This document shows positions 10,247 to 22,062 of a stretch of DNA of 64,000 nt, piece after piece. This DNA is from Escherichia coli (GTDB lineage: Bacteria > Pseudomonadota > Gammaproteobacteria > Enterobacterales > Enterobacteriaceae), in NCBI RefSeq assembly GCF_013315695.1, contig NZ_CP054355.1; one strand, written 5' to 3'. The notes under the pieces were generated by a model. It was not told where the DNA came from. It was given only the letters and a program-made list of their open reading frames with translations, and ran no database searches. The translations under genes were made by a program, and so were the position numbers. The stretch's first letter is position 1. Each line of letters starts with the position of its first letter.

Positions 10247-11133
10247 TGCCACTGCTGGATAAGCTGCGTAAGCTGTACGGGGTCGGACCGGTATGCAGTG
10301 AACTACATATTGCCCCGTCAACGTATTACCACTGTCAGCAACAGCGACATCATCCTGATAAACGCAGTGCCCGTGCGCAGCGCGATGACTGGCTGAAGAA
10401 AGAGATACTGCGCGTATACGATGGGAATCATCAGGTATACGGTGTGCGTAAAGTCTGGCGTCAGTTGTTACGGGAAGGAATCAGGGTAGCCAGATGTACA
10501 GTGGCGCGCCTCATGGCGGTTATGGGACTTGCCGGTGTTCTCCGGGGTAAAAAGGTCCGCACTACCGTCAGCCGGAAAGCCGTTGCCGCAGGCGACCGCG
10601 TAAACCGTCAGTTTGTGGCAGAACGTCCTGACCAGTTGTGGGTGGCTGATTTTACTTACGTCAGCACATGGCAGGGGGTCGTCTATGTGGCGTTCATCAT
10701 TGATGTGTTTGCCGGATACATCGTGGGGTGGCGGGTCTCATCGTCTATGGAAACGACATTCGTGTTGGATGCTCTGGAGCAGGCGTTATGGGCCCGTCGA
10801 CCGTCCGGCACGGTCCATCACAGTGATAAAGGTTCTCAGTATGTATCGCTGGCCTACACACAGCGGCTTAAGGAAGCCGGATTACTGGCATCAACAGGAA
10901 GTACAGGCGACTCGTATGACAACGCGATGGCGGAGAACATCAATGGTCTTTACAAAGCGGAGGTAATACACCGTAAGAGCTGGAAAAACCGTGCAGAAGT
11001 GGAACTGGCCACACTCACGTGGGTGGACTGGTATAACAATCGACGATTGCTGGAAAGGCTGGGCCATACTCCTCCGGCAGAAGCAGAAAAAGCTTATTAT
11101 GCTTCCATCGGAAACGATGATCTGGCAGCCTGA
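10243..11133 (+). CDS. IS629 transposase OrfB (DDE catalytic domain)
   Basis: IS3-family OrfB overlapping orfA in the -1 frame. Confidence 0.8.
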   Translation: MMPLLDKLRKLYGVGPVCSELHIAPSTYYHCQQQRHHPDKRSARAQRDDWLKKEILRVYDGNHQVYGVRKVWRQLLREGIRVARCTVARLMAVMGLAGVLRGKKVRTTVSRKAVAAGDRVNRQFVAERPDQLWVADFTYVSTWQGVVYVAFIIDVFAGYIVGWRVSSSMETTFVLDALEQALWARRPSGTVHHSDKGSQYVSLAYTQRLKEAGLLASTGSTGDSYDNAMAENINGLYKAEVIHRKSWKNRAEVELATLTWVDWYNNRRLLERLGHTPPAEAEKAYYASIGNDDLAA

Positions 11134-11175
11134 GTTCACAGATAAAACACTCTCCAGGAAACCCGGGGCGGTTCA

Positions 11176-11738
11176 CTTGGACTTAAATAGCTATAAACGT
11201 TTGTTGAATGGATGTATTTAGCGATAAAATCAGTATAAAAACCGTTATCAAAGAAGATGGACGTATACCCACCCAGACCATAGCTTTTAGTATCGCCATA
11301 ATAGCTGCCGCTCAGCTCTGCATTGGTACTTGTATGGGTAAATATTAAGCCAGTGTATAGCATTGCTGATTCAATTCTTATGCCTTTGTCTGCACCGAGT
11401 TGCAGGTGGTTGTATGTATTCTGATAACCGTCAGTGCCACTCCCCTGACCGAGCATATAGCGTCCCCAGACCCCGGCTTCTCCACTGTCGCGAATGTCCC
11501 CCATACGTTTATTGAGGTTATTCATTTCTGTAGAGAAAAGGCGGTAGCTGCTATTAGCAAAACTGGCCGCCGTACTGACTGCTTTTTTATCAGGCTCTGA
11601 GTTAAAGCCAATAATTGCCAGATTTGTACCGTTACCGTTATCACTAGTACCAAGTATCGGTGTTACGTTACTGAGCCCCGTTTTCTGGCTTATTGCCGAG
11701 AACATACTGAAATCGGTACCATCCGGTGCTTCAATTAG
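11176..11738 (-). pseudogene. autotransporter beta-barrel domain fragment trapped between IS629 and IS5
   Basis: Gly/Tyr/Ser-rich beta-strand-like sequence ending in aromatic residue; both ends cut by IS elements. Confidence 0.35.
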
Positions 11739-12934
<1,196 letters not shown>

Positions 12935-13569
12935 CTAAAGGCGTCTTTGGCTTCGGTCAGCGAACACTGCTGTTTTTCTTTGCAGGACGGTGAATCTTTG
13001 TAGTCCGTCATCTGCGCCAGCAGCTGATAGCTGTCGTCAAGCTGCATCTGGCTGCGCTCTTTTTCCATCGCCTGCACCGCTTTCTGGCTAAACGCCGCAG
13101 AGTCATCGGTGATCACCGGATTAAACGTTGGGTCCATCGTGCCCATTTTTTCCTGATGATGTACCGGAATGTCGCACCCAAGGAAAGCGCCGGTGATAAA
13201 GAATTGTGCCGTCGCAACGGTGCGTTGCAGACTGTTGGCATAGGTATATACCGTGTCCGGCGTCGGGCATTCGCCTGACGTGACCATCCCCAGCTCCGCC
13301 AGCCATTCTCGCATGTAGTGGCCCATATAAATTTCCAGCACACCGCCTTTCGTGGTGAGCTGCCCGCCGGGCACATCCCACTCCGGCCACTGATTCGGCG
13401 TGGACTGCTCCAGCACGCTGCCATTATTGGCCAACGGCGCGCGCAAGTTGTGTCGGCTCATCATCAACACTTGTTGCAGTTGATAACCTTCCGGCGTTGT
13501 CTGCGCTTGCGCGGCGGACGACAATAAAACAGCCCCTGCCACAGCGGCGGCGAGTATCAATTTTTTCAT
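12935..13569 (-). pseudogene. agp: glucose-1-phosphatase (histidine acid phosphatase) 5' fragment, truncated by IS5
   Basis: Signal peptide plus RHNLRAP (RHGxRxP) histidine acid phosphatase motif and Agp-like N-terminal sequence; reading frame runs into the IS5 end. Confidence 0.6.
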
Positions 13570-13690
13570 CCCTACAACCTCTTGTTGTTATCAATCCTCA
13601 TAGAGTGTGACAGAAATATGACATTTTTCCGGGAACGGTTTCGCAAAACGGGAGATTCCAGAAGATAACCGGCAGGTCAGCGTGTTCCGG

Positions 13691-14176
13691 TTACTCCGAG
13701 ATAAAAACCTCATACTTAATATTGCGGGCGCAATAAAAAGTGCCGTCCGTCAGATACAGTTCACGAAATCGCGTGTTATCAGAGATGTTGTCCAGCAGGG
13801 AACGTTCCGTATCGACAAATTCTTTTTGCACGCGGTAATGAACGGCGTTCTCCGTTTCAAAAGAGACATATTCCGTGGTGGCGTAGGGCTTATTTTTTGA
13901 TTTCACGTACACGATATATTGCACGGTACTGGCCGTCAGCCCCGTTTTCGCCGCGATCTCTTTGAGACTCAACGTCTCAGAGGCATAAAGCGCCTGAACC
14001 TGCGCTATGCGTCGGTGATTATACGCCGTCACCCGAAGGCTCAGTTTCAGCCGATAGGCCATATTCCGCACGGCGGTAATATTAGTGTGAAGCAGTTGCG
14101 CTATCTGCTCTGTCGTGAGGATGCCCGCGTTTTCCCGCAGAATCGCAAGGCTTTCGTCGTTCCAGATAAATGCCAT
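13691..14176 (-). CDS. putative DNA-binding protein with two helix-turn-helix-like segments
   Basis: 161 aa, no signal peptide; 25 bp downstream of the thioredoxin gene on the same strand. Confidence 0.4.
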   Translation of the reverse strand: MAFIWNDESLAILRENAGILTTEQIAQLLHTNITAVRNMAYRLKLSLRVTAYNHRRIAQVQALYASETLSLKEIAAKTGLTASTVQYIVYVKSKNKPYATTEYVSFETENAVHYRVQKEFVDTERSLLDNISDNTRFRELYLTDGTFYCARNIKYEVFISE

Positions 14177-14200
14177 TGGGTATCTCTCCGTACGCGTCGT

Positions 14201-14686
14201 TCATCGCGCCGCCAGGCGCGCAAACGTGGTCTCTAACTCAGACGGCTTACGCATACCCTGGTGTAGCTCCAGAACGCGTCCTTCGGAGTCAATCAGTACG
14301 GAGGTCGGCGTGCCGATCACCTGATAACGTTCCTGGGTAATGTTGAGCTGATCGCGCACCACCGGATAGGTTATCTGATGTTTTGCCAGCAGATCGTTGA
14401 TCCTGACCGTTTCAGGGTCGGTATTGACCGCCACAACCACCACTTTATCGCCCCATTTTTTGCTCAGCGCTTCCAGCGTGTCCATTTCCGCTAGGCACCC
14501 CCCGCATCCCGCAGACCAAAAATTCAGGTACACCGCCTTTCCTTGCCAGCGTTCAAGGCCTGACTCCTGGCCTTGCAGATCAAACGCCGCCAGCGCCGGG
14601 GCCGGTGCCCCGACCGCCAGCTTTTCTTCTTTACACCCGCTTATCAGGATCGCCGCCGCGAGTAACAGCACATTATGCCAGCGCAT
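14201..14686 (-). CDS. TlpA-like thiol:disulfide oxidoreductase lipoprotein
   Basis: Lipobox ILISGC; thioredoxin fold with CGGC active site (WSAGCGGC). Confidence 0.65.
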   Translation of the reverse strand: MRWHNVLLLAAAILISGCKEEKLAVGAPAPALAAFDLQGQESGLERWQGKAVYLNFWSAGCGGCLAEMDTLEALSKKWGDKVVVVAVNTDPETVRINDLLAKHQITYPVVRDQLNITQERYQVIGTPTSVLIDSEGRVLELHQGMRKPSELETTFARLAAR

Positions 14687-15368
14687 GTTGATTGGCCTCC
14701 TCACCCAGATATTTACCGTGTTGCAGCCGCAGAATACGGTCGGCAAACTGCCCAAGCGCAGGGTTGTGCGTCACCATCACAATCGTGCGCCCCTGACGAT
14801 GCAGATCGGTGAGCAGATCCAGCACCCGCTGCTCATTCTCTTCATCCAGGTTGCCCGTCGGTTCATCCGCGAAAATAACCGGCGGTTCGTTGACCAGCGC
14901 CCGGGCGATACACACACGCTGCTGCTCACCACCGGAAAGCTGGCTCGGCAGGTGCGTCACACGATGCCCAAGCCCTACCTGTTCCAGCACCTTCCTCGCC
15001 GCCGCTTCATCCACCACGCTGTGGTAATGCTGGGCGAGCATGATGTTTTCCAGCGCAGTTAAGAACGGGATCAAATGGAACTGCTGAAATACCAGGCCGA
15101 TTTTCTCGGCGCGAAAGCGACGGCGCCCCTCTTCATCCAGCGCGGCGGCATCGGTGCCATCAAGAAACACCTGCCCTTCCGTCGCCGTATCAAGGCACGT
15201 CAGAATATTCATCAGCGTGGTTTTACCAGAACCAGAAGCGCCCATAATGGCGACAAATTCACCCTGCGCAATGCGCAGATTAATGTCATCCAGGGCGGTA
15301 ACGTCACCGAACCGTTTGTATAAGTGGCGGGTTTCGATCGCCACCTGAGGGATATGCGTAACGGACAT
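14673..15368 (-). CDS. ABC transporter ATP-binding protein (MacB/LolD-type)
   Basis: Walker [10 protein letters not shown], signature LSGGEQQR, Walker [12 protein letters not shown]. Confidence 0.85.
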   Translation of the reverse strand: MSVTHIPQVAIETRHLYKRFGDVTALDDINLRIAQGEFVAIMGASGSGKTTLMNILTCLDTATEGQVFLDGTDAAALDEEGRRRFRAEKIGLVFQQFHLIPFLTALENIMLAQHYHSVVDEAAARKVLEQVGLGHRVTHLPSQLSGGEQQRVCIARALVNEPPVIFADEPTGNLDEENEQRVLDLLTDLHRQGRTIVMVTHNPALGQFADRILRLQHGKYLGEEANQHALA

Positions 15369-15372
15369 GGCG

Positions 15373-16533
15373 CTACTCTCCTTTCAGCACTTTAGCAGGC
15401 TCGACGCTTACCGCGCGTCGCACCGGAACAATCGCCGCCAGAATGGCGACCAGTAAAGACAACACCAGAGTAATGGGCAACACCGGCAGACGCAGTGAAA
15501 TGGCGGCATTAAACACCGTTAATCCCAACAGTTGCGCCAGCAAATATCCCAGCACCCAGCCGCACGCCACCGCCGCCAGCGCGATGATGCTGGTTTCCAG
15601 CAGAATTTGCCGCACGATATCGCCGTTGCTGGAACCAAGCGCTTTTTGCAGCGCAAACTCGCGCGCCCGCTCGCCGACAATCGCCATCAGCGTGGTATTC
15701 ACGCACAGCGAAGAGAGCGCCAGAATCACGATCGAGACCAGTCCCATCAGACCTTTAATTTTATCCAGCACCTGCCCTTCGGAAGCAGAGACCTTACGCA
15801 CCGGACGAATCTCCAGGTCAGGATACTGCGCCTGCAACCGGCTGGCATAGTTCTCCACCTGGCCGACATCGTTACTGACGCTCAGCAAGCCGTGGCTGAT
15901 TTTGCCCGGCTGATGCAGCCAGGCCTGCGCCACGTCGAGGCTGACGATCAGCATGTTGTCCGTCGCATCGCCAGACTCCACAATGCCTTTAATCTGCAAA
16001 TTCTTACGCTGATTGTGATCCACCAGCGTGATGCTGTCGCCCGGCTGCACGTTGAGGCGTTCCGCCAGTTTGACGCCGATCATCGCATTACGGTCGTCAA
16101 AACTAACGCCAATCCAGCTACCGGTGACCTGCCAGTACGGCACCAGTTTTTGCAGCGACTCGAACCACACGCCAACCATCACCACTTTTTCCAGCTCGGT
16201 ACGCGCCATGCCGTACAACCACGGACTGGCGCCATGCACCAGCCCCTGCGGCGCCTGATCGAGAATGCTCTGCAACTCCTGCTGCGGCATACTGGAACCG
16301 TGCCCCGGCCCGATGTAAAAATTCGCGCCGAAGGTGCGCAGTTCTTCGCTCATTTTGGTGTTAATGTCGAACCAGACGGCAGAAAGCGCCGTCACGATGG
16401 TCGCCCCCACCATCAGCGCGGCAAACACCACGCTGACCCGCTGAAAACGCAGACGCAGCGCCCGCCACACCAGCAGCCAGAGCATGGTACGTTTAGCGGC
16501 CATACAGCACCTCCACAGGATACAGCCGGGCAA
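15373..16533 (-). CDS. ABC transporter permease (FtsX/MacB-like)
   Basis: N-terminal TM, large periplasmic domain, C-terminal FtsX-type 3-TM bundle. Confidence 0.7.
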   Translation of the reverse strand: MPGCILWRCCMAAKRTMLWLLVWRALRLRFQRVSVVFAALMVGATIVTALSAVWFDINTKMSEELRTFGANFYIGPGHGSSMPQQELQSILDQAPQGLVHGASPWLYGMARTELEKVVMVGVWFESLQKLVPYWQVTGSWIGVSFDDRNAMIGVKLAERLNVQPGDSITLVDHNQRKNLQIKGIVESGDATDNMLIVSLDVAQAWLHQPGKISHGLLSVSNDVGQVENYASRLQAQYPDLEIRPVRKVSASEGQVLDKIKGLMGLVSIVILALSSLCVNTTLMAIVGERAREFALQKALGSSNGDIVRQILLETSIIALAAVACGWVLGYLLAQLLGLTVFNAAISLRLPVLPITLVLSLLVAILAAIVPVRRAVSVEPAKVLKGE

Positions 16534-17776
16534 TCCGCCGGGCCGGGAACCAGGTGCCGATCAACGCAATCAGTACCGCAATCACCAGTACGCACGGCAC
16601 CACAATCCAGGCAAAATTAAGCGGCGCGTCGAAGAGCATGACGCCAATCGCTTTCGCCAGCCCCCACCCGGCAATACATCCCAGCGCACCGCCAGCCAGC
16701 CCGCTGGACGCCGCTTCCAGGTAGAACAGCAGCATAATTTGCCACTGTCGCGCACCCAGCGCTTTCATCAAACCGATCTCTTTGGCGCGTTCCATAATGG
16801 TGCTGGTCATCAGCGAGGCGATCCCCATTGCGGAAGCCACCAGCGCCGCGACGGTAACGACCGCCATCAGCAACTGAATTTTATCGATCACCACCCCTTC
16901 GGACGCCGCGACCTGCCATACCGGGCGCACTTCCGCACCGGAAATCGCCTCTTCCAGCTGATGCGCGATCGACGACACATAGGCCGTGCAATACCAGAGG
17001 TCGTACTCTTCGGCATTGAGCGCGTCCAGGTTTTCCCGCGCGCGGCGGGACAGTTCGTTTTCCGGCACCGTCAGCGCCGAGACGCGAATCGCCTGCACTT
17101 TTCCGGGGAGCCCCAGCAGGTGCTGTACCGTGCTTAGCGGCATCACCAGTTGGTTATCTTCATCGCCGCCGCTGGAGAGGATACCGCTGACGGTGACCTG
17201 CACTGCTTCGCCTTCGGTACGTAATGTCAGCTTATCACCGGGTTTCCAGCCCATTTGCCGCGCCAGCGCGTGCCCGACTAAGGTCTGCGGCTCTGCGCCT
17301 GCGGGTTCCTGCGGCCAGTCGCCGGTCACCTGCCAGTATGGGCTGACCGTTTTCTGCCCCGTCTCATATCCCTCTTCATCAGGAATATCCACTGGCTGAC
17401 TGAAGAAAGTGCCCAGAATCCGCACTGGTTCTCCCTCCACGCTGGCTTCGCCGCCGAGCATCGGCGCAAACCCGACAATGTTGTTTCGCCAGAAGATATC
17501 TTTGATGTTCGGCAGCTCGGCTTCATCAAGAAAATCCTGACCGGAAAGCGGATTACTGCTCTCACTAAACAGCGCGGGCAGCGCAGCCTGTCCGGCGGGT
17601 TCAATCAAAATGTTCGCACCATAAGACTTCAGCTCTCTGGACATTTTGTCGCCGATATCAATGGACACCGCCAGCAGCGCCGAGATCAGGCTGGAGGCCA
17701 GAAAAACGGTGATTATCGCCAGCACTTTGCGGCGTAAATTGCGCCCCCAGGATTGTCGTAACATCCGCCACAGCAT
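16493..17776 (-). CDS. ABC transporter permease (FtsX/MacB-like), second copy
   Basis: Same architecture as the adjacent permease; overlaps it by about 40 bp. Confidence 0.7.
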   Translation of the reverse strand: MLWRMLRQSWGRNLRRKVLAIITVFLASSLISALLAVSIDIGDKMSRELKSYGANILIEPAGQAALPALFSESSNPLSGQDFLDEAELPNIKDIFWRNNIVGFAPMLGGEASVEGEPVRILGTFFSQPVDIPDEEGYETGQKTVSPYWQVTGDWPQEPAGAEPQTLVGHALARQMGWKPGDKLTLRTEGEAVQVTVSGILSSGGDEDNQLVMPLSTVQHLLGLPGKVQAIRVSALTVPENELSRRARENLDALNAEEYDLWYCTAYVSSIAHQLEEAISGAEVRPVWQVAASEGVVIDKIQLLMAVVTVAALVASAMGIASLMTSTIMERAKEIGLMKALGARQWQIMLLFYLEAASSGLAGGALGCIAGWGLAKAIGVMLFDAPLNFAWIVVPCVLVIAVLIALIGTWFPARRIARLYPVEVLYGR

Positions 17777-17778
17777 GA

Positions 17779-19158
17779 TTATTCCTCCCTCATGTCGGCA
17801 GGAACAAACTGCTCCGGCGTTTCACGGAAGCGTTCATAGTTAGCCTCTGACGAGAAGAACCAGGTCTTGCCGCCATAGCTGTATTTGTAATCGGCTGAGG
17901 TATTGGTCAACGTTGAACCATCGACCGGATCGGTCACTTTAATAGTCATGACCGTCGAGAAGTAGTTCACCCCTGTCGCCAGTTCTTTACCGGGGATCAC
18001 CAGCTCTTTTTCATCATTGTGCCAGTTTTCAATCGGCACCGGGTTACAGCCACCGGCCTTGCCGATAGACGGAATAAAAATATGCACTCCGCAGGCGACG
18101 CAGATAACCTGATTGCCCTCCATGACATAACCCTGATCGCCGCACAGCAGGCAGGCGTCGAACACCACGCCAAAACGCAGCTTGTCGGGATAGCGGTTAA
18201 TCACGAAGAAGCGCACCGCTTTGCCATCGTCCGCCACCCAGACGAAACGATGCAGTTTACCGTCACGAAGCTGTTCAACCGGCAGGCGCACCATGCCATC
18301 GCTCCCCAGCGTTACGGGCACGGCTTCAGAGAGTTGCGGCGGCTGCGAGGCCACTTTATCCCACCACAGTTGGCCTGCGATAACGACCACCGCGCAGCCG
18401 ATTGTGACCAACCACAGCCGCAAAGCGTTGCGACGCTGCGCCAGCGCCAGACGGTGAGCAATCGGTTCTTCGGTTTCCCGCGTCTGTCGAAAAGCCCGCA
18501 ACAGCGCCGGAAGCCAGCACAGCGCCAGGGCCAGCAGCAGCGCGGCTCCCGCCCAGTTATACAGCGCCGTGTTATTTGTGACTTTCGCCACGAAGCTCAG
18601 CAGTGATTTTCCCAGCGGAACAACCTGTAATTTCATCAGCAACAACAGCAGGTTGCCGCTCAGCGGCAGCCAGATCATCACCAGCAGAATCAGCGTTAAC
18701 GGCCAGTACAGGCCGCGAATACGCCGCAGCAGCATCGCGCAGAGTACGCCCGCCAGACAGAGGATCGCAAAAGCGAGAACGACGGCCGTCAGGTTTAACA
18801 GCAGGTCAGTATTCAGCACATGCGTACTGGTCAGCCCGCCCAGATTAGGGTCCAGCGCCCAATGGCGGGCAGCGCCGAAAATCAGAATCCCCTGCCACAG
18901 ATAGCGGATACGCGTTGAAGCCCACCAGAAACTGAGGACAAACAGCAGCGATACCATGACCTCCGCCCCAACCAGCAGCAGTTGTACCGGTTGGCTGCCG
19001 TGAATAAACAGTCCCGCCAGCACGCCGGCAATCAGCCCGGTCAGCAGCGTCCAGGTCAGCGGACGTAAAGAGGGAGGATCGTTTCGACTCCAGAGAACAC
19101 CGGAAAGAAGCGCAATGCAGAAAAAGACCTGTAGCGTCGTGACGAAAAAGTAACTCAT
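17779..19158 (-). CDS. polytopic membrane protein with C-terminal Cys-cluster and YHS-like domain (Cj1660-like)
   Basis: Multiple hydrophobic helices; C-terminal CLLCGD...CVACG...GGC and ..YGGKTWFFSS..ANYERF. Confidence 0.5.
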   Translation of the reverse strand: MSYFFVTTLQVFFCIALLSGVLWSRNDPPSLRPLTWTLLTGLIAGVLAGLFIHGSQPVQLLLVGAEVMVSLLFVLSFWWASTRIRYLWQGILIFGAARHWALDPNLGGLTSTHVLNTDLLLNLTAVVLAFAILCLAGVLCAMLLRRIRGLYWPLTLILLVMIWLPLSGNLLLLLMKLQVVPLGKSLLSFVAKVTNNTALYNWAGAALLLALALCWLPALLRAFRQTRETEEPIAHRLALAQRRNALRLWLVTIGCAVVVIAGQLWWDKVASQPPQLSEAVPVTLGSDGMVRLPVEQLRDGKLHRFVWVADDGKAVRFFVINRYPDKLRFGVVFDACLLCGDQGYVMEGNQVICVACGVHIFIPSIGKAGGCNPVPIENWHNDEKELVIPGKELATGVNYFSTVMTIKVTDPVDGSTLTNTSADYKYSYGGKTWFFSSEANYERFRETPEQFVPADMREE

Positions 19159-19261
19159 AACTTCGACTCTGTACGGCGGGTTGAATTAAGCGACGGGCAT
19201 ATGATCGGTCTGACCAACGCGCCAGAAGGGGGAATCCTCCTGGCGCGTTGGTTAGTCGGTT

Positions 19262-19792
19262 TTAGTTCAGACCGACATATTTAAACTCGTAGCTCACATC
19301 AAACGGTTTCCACCAGCGGCCTACGCCTGTTTCGCTGTCAGTATGGCGATGCATCCCGGCTTTTGACGGCGGTTCAATGTGGTAGGTCACTTTATAGTTG
19401 CCCACGCCCATCATTTTGATGTTCGCGCCATAGTGCGGGCCATCGCTGGCAACCATCGGCATGAAGGTGCCTTCCTGTTTTTCGCCCGTGTCGTTGTTGA
19501 CCAGGGTGTAGCTGATGGTCAGGTACGGGATCCATTCCCCTGCGCCAAAGCCGTTTTTATTGCCTTCTACAGCGTGGATATCCGCTTCAAGGTGAACATC
19601 GGCTTTTGCTGCCGGTAAGCCCATGCCGCGCGGTTCCATATCAATCGGTTGCAGGTAAACGGCCGCCAGCTCCATTTCATTCATGGTGACAGGCTCGCCT
19701 GCCGGGTACTCTTTAAAAGCAAACGCGGCTGGCGCAATGAAAATGCTGGCCATCACTGCGCTGGCAATCAGGGTTTTCTTCATGGTCATCAA
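19262..19792 (-). CDS. fetP: P19-family periplasmic iron-transport protein (FetP-like)
   Basis: 176 aa with signal peptide; immediately 3' of an FTR1 permease as in P19/FetP systems. Confidence 0.6.
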   Translation of the reverse strand: MMTMKKTLIASAVMASIFIAPAAFAFKEYPAGEPVTMNEMELAAVYLQPIDMEPRGMGLPAAKADVHLEADIHAVEGNKNGFGAGEWIPYLTISYTLVNNDTGEKQEGTFMPMVASDGPHYGANIKMMGVGNYKVTYHIEPPSKAGMHRHTDSETGVGRWWKPFDVSYEFKYVGLN

Positions 19793-19829
19793 ACGTATCC
19801 TCTCGTCTAAAACAACGGCTATACAACGA

Positions 19830-21776
19830 TTATGGGTTATTTTTTATCGTCTCCCCGGGAACCGCGCTTTTGCGCCGCATCACCCACAGCGCCACCAGCG
19901 CCGCGAGCAGCAATACGACCTGCGGTAACAACGTTTCCACGTAGGGATAAATCCCCAGCCAGCTGATTTCAGGGAAGCCGTTAATCAACGTAGGCTGGAA
20001 CAGTTTGCCTTCCACCAGTTCCAGAACGCCTTTGCCCGCAAAGACGAAGGCCATCAGATACATGAAACTGCCGGTAAACATAAAGAAGGGTTTCAGCGGC
20101 AGGCGCACCACTGAGTAACGCATCACCAGCCAGGCGAGCAGCAGCACCACGCAGCCAATCACAAAACCGGCGCCAATCGCCATATGGCCGGATACCGTGT
20201 TTGCATCGCCAATCAGAGCGTAATAGAACAGCACCGTTTCCGCCCCTTCGCGGTACACCGCCAGGAAGCTGGTCAGCCATAGTCCGACCAGGGAGCCTCG
20301 CGACAGGGAATGAGACAGTTTGCCTTCCAGCCAGGCTTTCCAGTGGCGCGCTTCCACTTTGGACAGCAGCCAGTAACTCATAAAGAACAGCATCACGACG
20401 GCAATCAGCATCGTTATGCCTTCCAGCAGTTCACGGCTGGCGCCGGAGTTAGTAAACAGCATCTGGAAGATAGCGGCGGTGATGACGCTGGCGATCAGCG
20501 CCACAATTACCGACTGACGAATAAGCGGCAGCTTATCCTGATGGTTGTTTTTCACCATGTAGGCCACGATTGCCGCAACAATCAGCAGCGCTTCCAGCCC
20601 CTCGCGCACGATGATCATCAGACTATAGAGCAGCAGACTCCACTGGGTTTCTTCGCCTTCGCCCAGCATCGTCACGGCTTTTTGCAGATCCTGCGCCAGC
20701 GCGCTGGCCTCTGCATTCAGGCGCTCAACCGGCTGACCGGCCTTCATCAGACTGACCAGGCGGGTAAAATACGCCTCCAGCGTGGTTTTAAATGCCGAAT
20801 CGCGAGAGCCGATTTTGTTTTCCATGCCGCTGGCTTCGAAGCGGTCGAAGTAGGTATCCTGGATATCCAGAATCGCATTCTTCGCATCGCCGCCCTGATA
20901 GCGCGCTATCGCGTCCTGAATGCTCTGGTTAATTCCCGTCGTCACCTCAGCCCAGTCGGTGCGGTTATTTCCCTCGTCCGCCGCCGGAATGTTGTCTGCG
21001 CTTTGCGCTGCGGCAACCTGCTGATCGTCACGGGTGGTTGGCAAGCCGGGTAAGATATCCTCGATATCCTGTAGCAGCGTAGTGACCTGATAGGAGACAT
21101 CGTTGAGATGGTCAGGTTGCGCGGTCAGCGCAATCAGGGATGAGAATTGTTGGTTAATGGAGGCGGCATCTTTTGCAGAACGGTTTTGTCTGAGGGACAT
21201 CTCCATCTCAGAGTTTTTAAAGCCCTGATAGTGCGCCTGTTGAACGTGCTGACTGGCAACGCTGTAATTCCCGGCCTGATATTCAGTGACCGCCTGCGCC
21301 AGCAGATCGTCGATCGTCCTGAAACTCTCCTGCCAGTGAACGGCAATGTCGTCCCTGGACAGCGCGTTGTGCTGCTCTTCGGCCACCAGACGATGTCCGC
21401 CATCCAGCACCGGTTCCACTTCGCGCAGTGCGGCTTTCAGCCAGTCAATGCGCGCCTGGACGTCAGCGAGCGGTTTTTTCTCGCCAATCATTCGACGGAT
21501 CTCGCCGAATGCGCTCTCCATCTCGTAACTTTTGCGCGCGGAAATGTTGATGCGGATCGGCCCTTCCAGGTTCTCGAACACCTCAAAATAGGCCATTTGT
21601 ACCGTGCGGCGCGCCTCGTCGGCATGCTGTTGCTGATAAAGTTCCGCTGTTTTATCAAGACGTTGCTCGATATCTTCAATCAAAGGCGCATAATTCGTCG
21701 ACGCCCAGACACTCATGCTTATAAACAAGCCAAAGAGAGTAACCAACAAAGAGTTACGGAAGTTACGCACGTGCAC
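19830..21776 (-). CDS. fetM: FTR1-family iron permease with large N-terminal periplasmic domain (FetM-like)
   Basis: 648 aa; two RExxE motifs (REGLE, REGAE) in the C-terminal membrane domain. Confidence 0.7.
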   Translation of the reverse strand: MHVRNFRNSLLVTLFGLFISMSVWASTNYAPLIEDIEQRLDKTAELYQQQHADEARRTVQMAYFEVFENLEGPIRINISARKSYEMESAFGEIRRMIGEKKPLADVQARIDWLKAALREVEPVLDGGHRLVAEEQHNALSRDDIAVHWQESFRTIDDLLAQAVTEYQAGNYSVASQHVQQAHYQGFKNSEMEMSLRQNRSAKDAASINQQFSSLIALTAQPDHLNDVSYQVTTLLQDIEDILPGLPTTRDDQQVAAAQSADNIPAADEGNNRTDWAEVTTGINQSIQDAIARYQGGDAKNAILDIQDTYFDRFEASGMENKIGSRDSAFKTTLEAYFTRLVSLMKAGQPVERLNAEASALAQDLQKAVTMLGEGEETQWSLLLYSLMIIVREGLEALLIVAAIVAYMVKNNHQDKLPLIRQSVIVALIASVITAAIFQMLFTNSGASRELLEGITMLIAVVMLFFMSYWLLSKVEARHWKAWLEGKLSHSLSRGSLVGLWLTSFLAVYREGAETVLFYYALIGDANTVSGHMAIGAGFVIGCVVLLLAWLVMRYSVVRLPLKPFFMFTGSFMYLMAFVFAGKGVLELVEGKLFQPTLINGFPEISWLGIYPYVETLLPQVVLLLAALVALWVMRRKSAVPGETIKNNP

Positions 21777-21790
21777 ACCGCCAAAGAATG

Positions 21791-21812
21791 CAAATGATAA
21801 TTATTATCATAT
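21791..21812. promoter_or_regulatory. Fur box upstream of the fetM-like operon
   Basis: aatgataattattatcat, near-palindromic match to the Fur consensus, about 15 bp upstream of the fetM start. Confidence 0.6.
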
Positions 21813-22062
21813 CTTTTTGTCGCGTTGTACATGACCTGGATCATAAAAATGTCAGCAGACGACAAGTTATGTAAATTTATTTCATCAAATCGTGATGAAC
21901 ACACACATTATGCGTTGATAAAAGGGACGTTATCTCCCTGTTTTTCTCATGGAATTAACGGCAAGGCAGGCGCGGTAACAGAGGAATAAATCCCCCTGCC
22001 GACAGTGATATTATTCATTATCGGCAGGCAGAAATAAAACGCGTTATTGCGTACAGCAATAT

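Larger units (their letters stand above)
9866..11175 (+). mobile_element. IS629 (IS3 family), complete 1310 bp
   Basis: Terminal inverted repeats tgaaccgccccggg at both ends; orfA/orfB with -1 frameshift overlap. Confidence 0.8.

Noticed and set aside
14397-15062. 221-aa plus-strand ORF
   Set aside because: Antisense to the thioredoxin and ABC ATPase genes; shadow ORF in GC-rich DNA
15532-16620. 362-aa plus-strand ORF rich in Arg/His/Gln
   Set aside because: Lies entirely antisense to the GC-rich ABC permease genes; composition typical of a shadow ORF, no RBS
20310-21053. 247-aa plus-strand ORF
   Set aside because: Antisense to the fetM-like permease gene; shadow ORF
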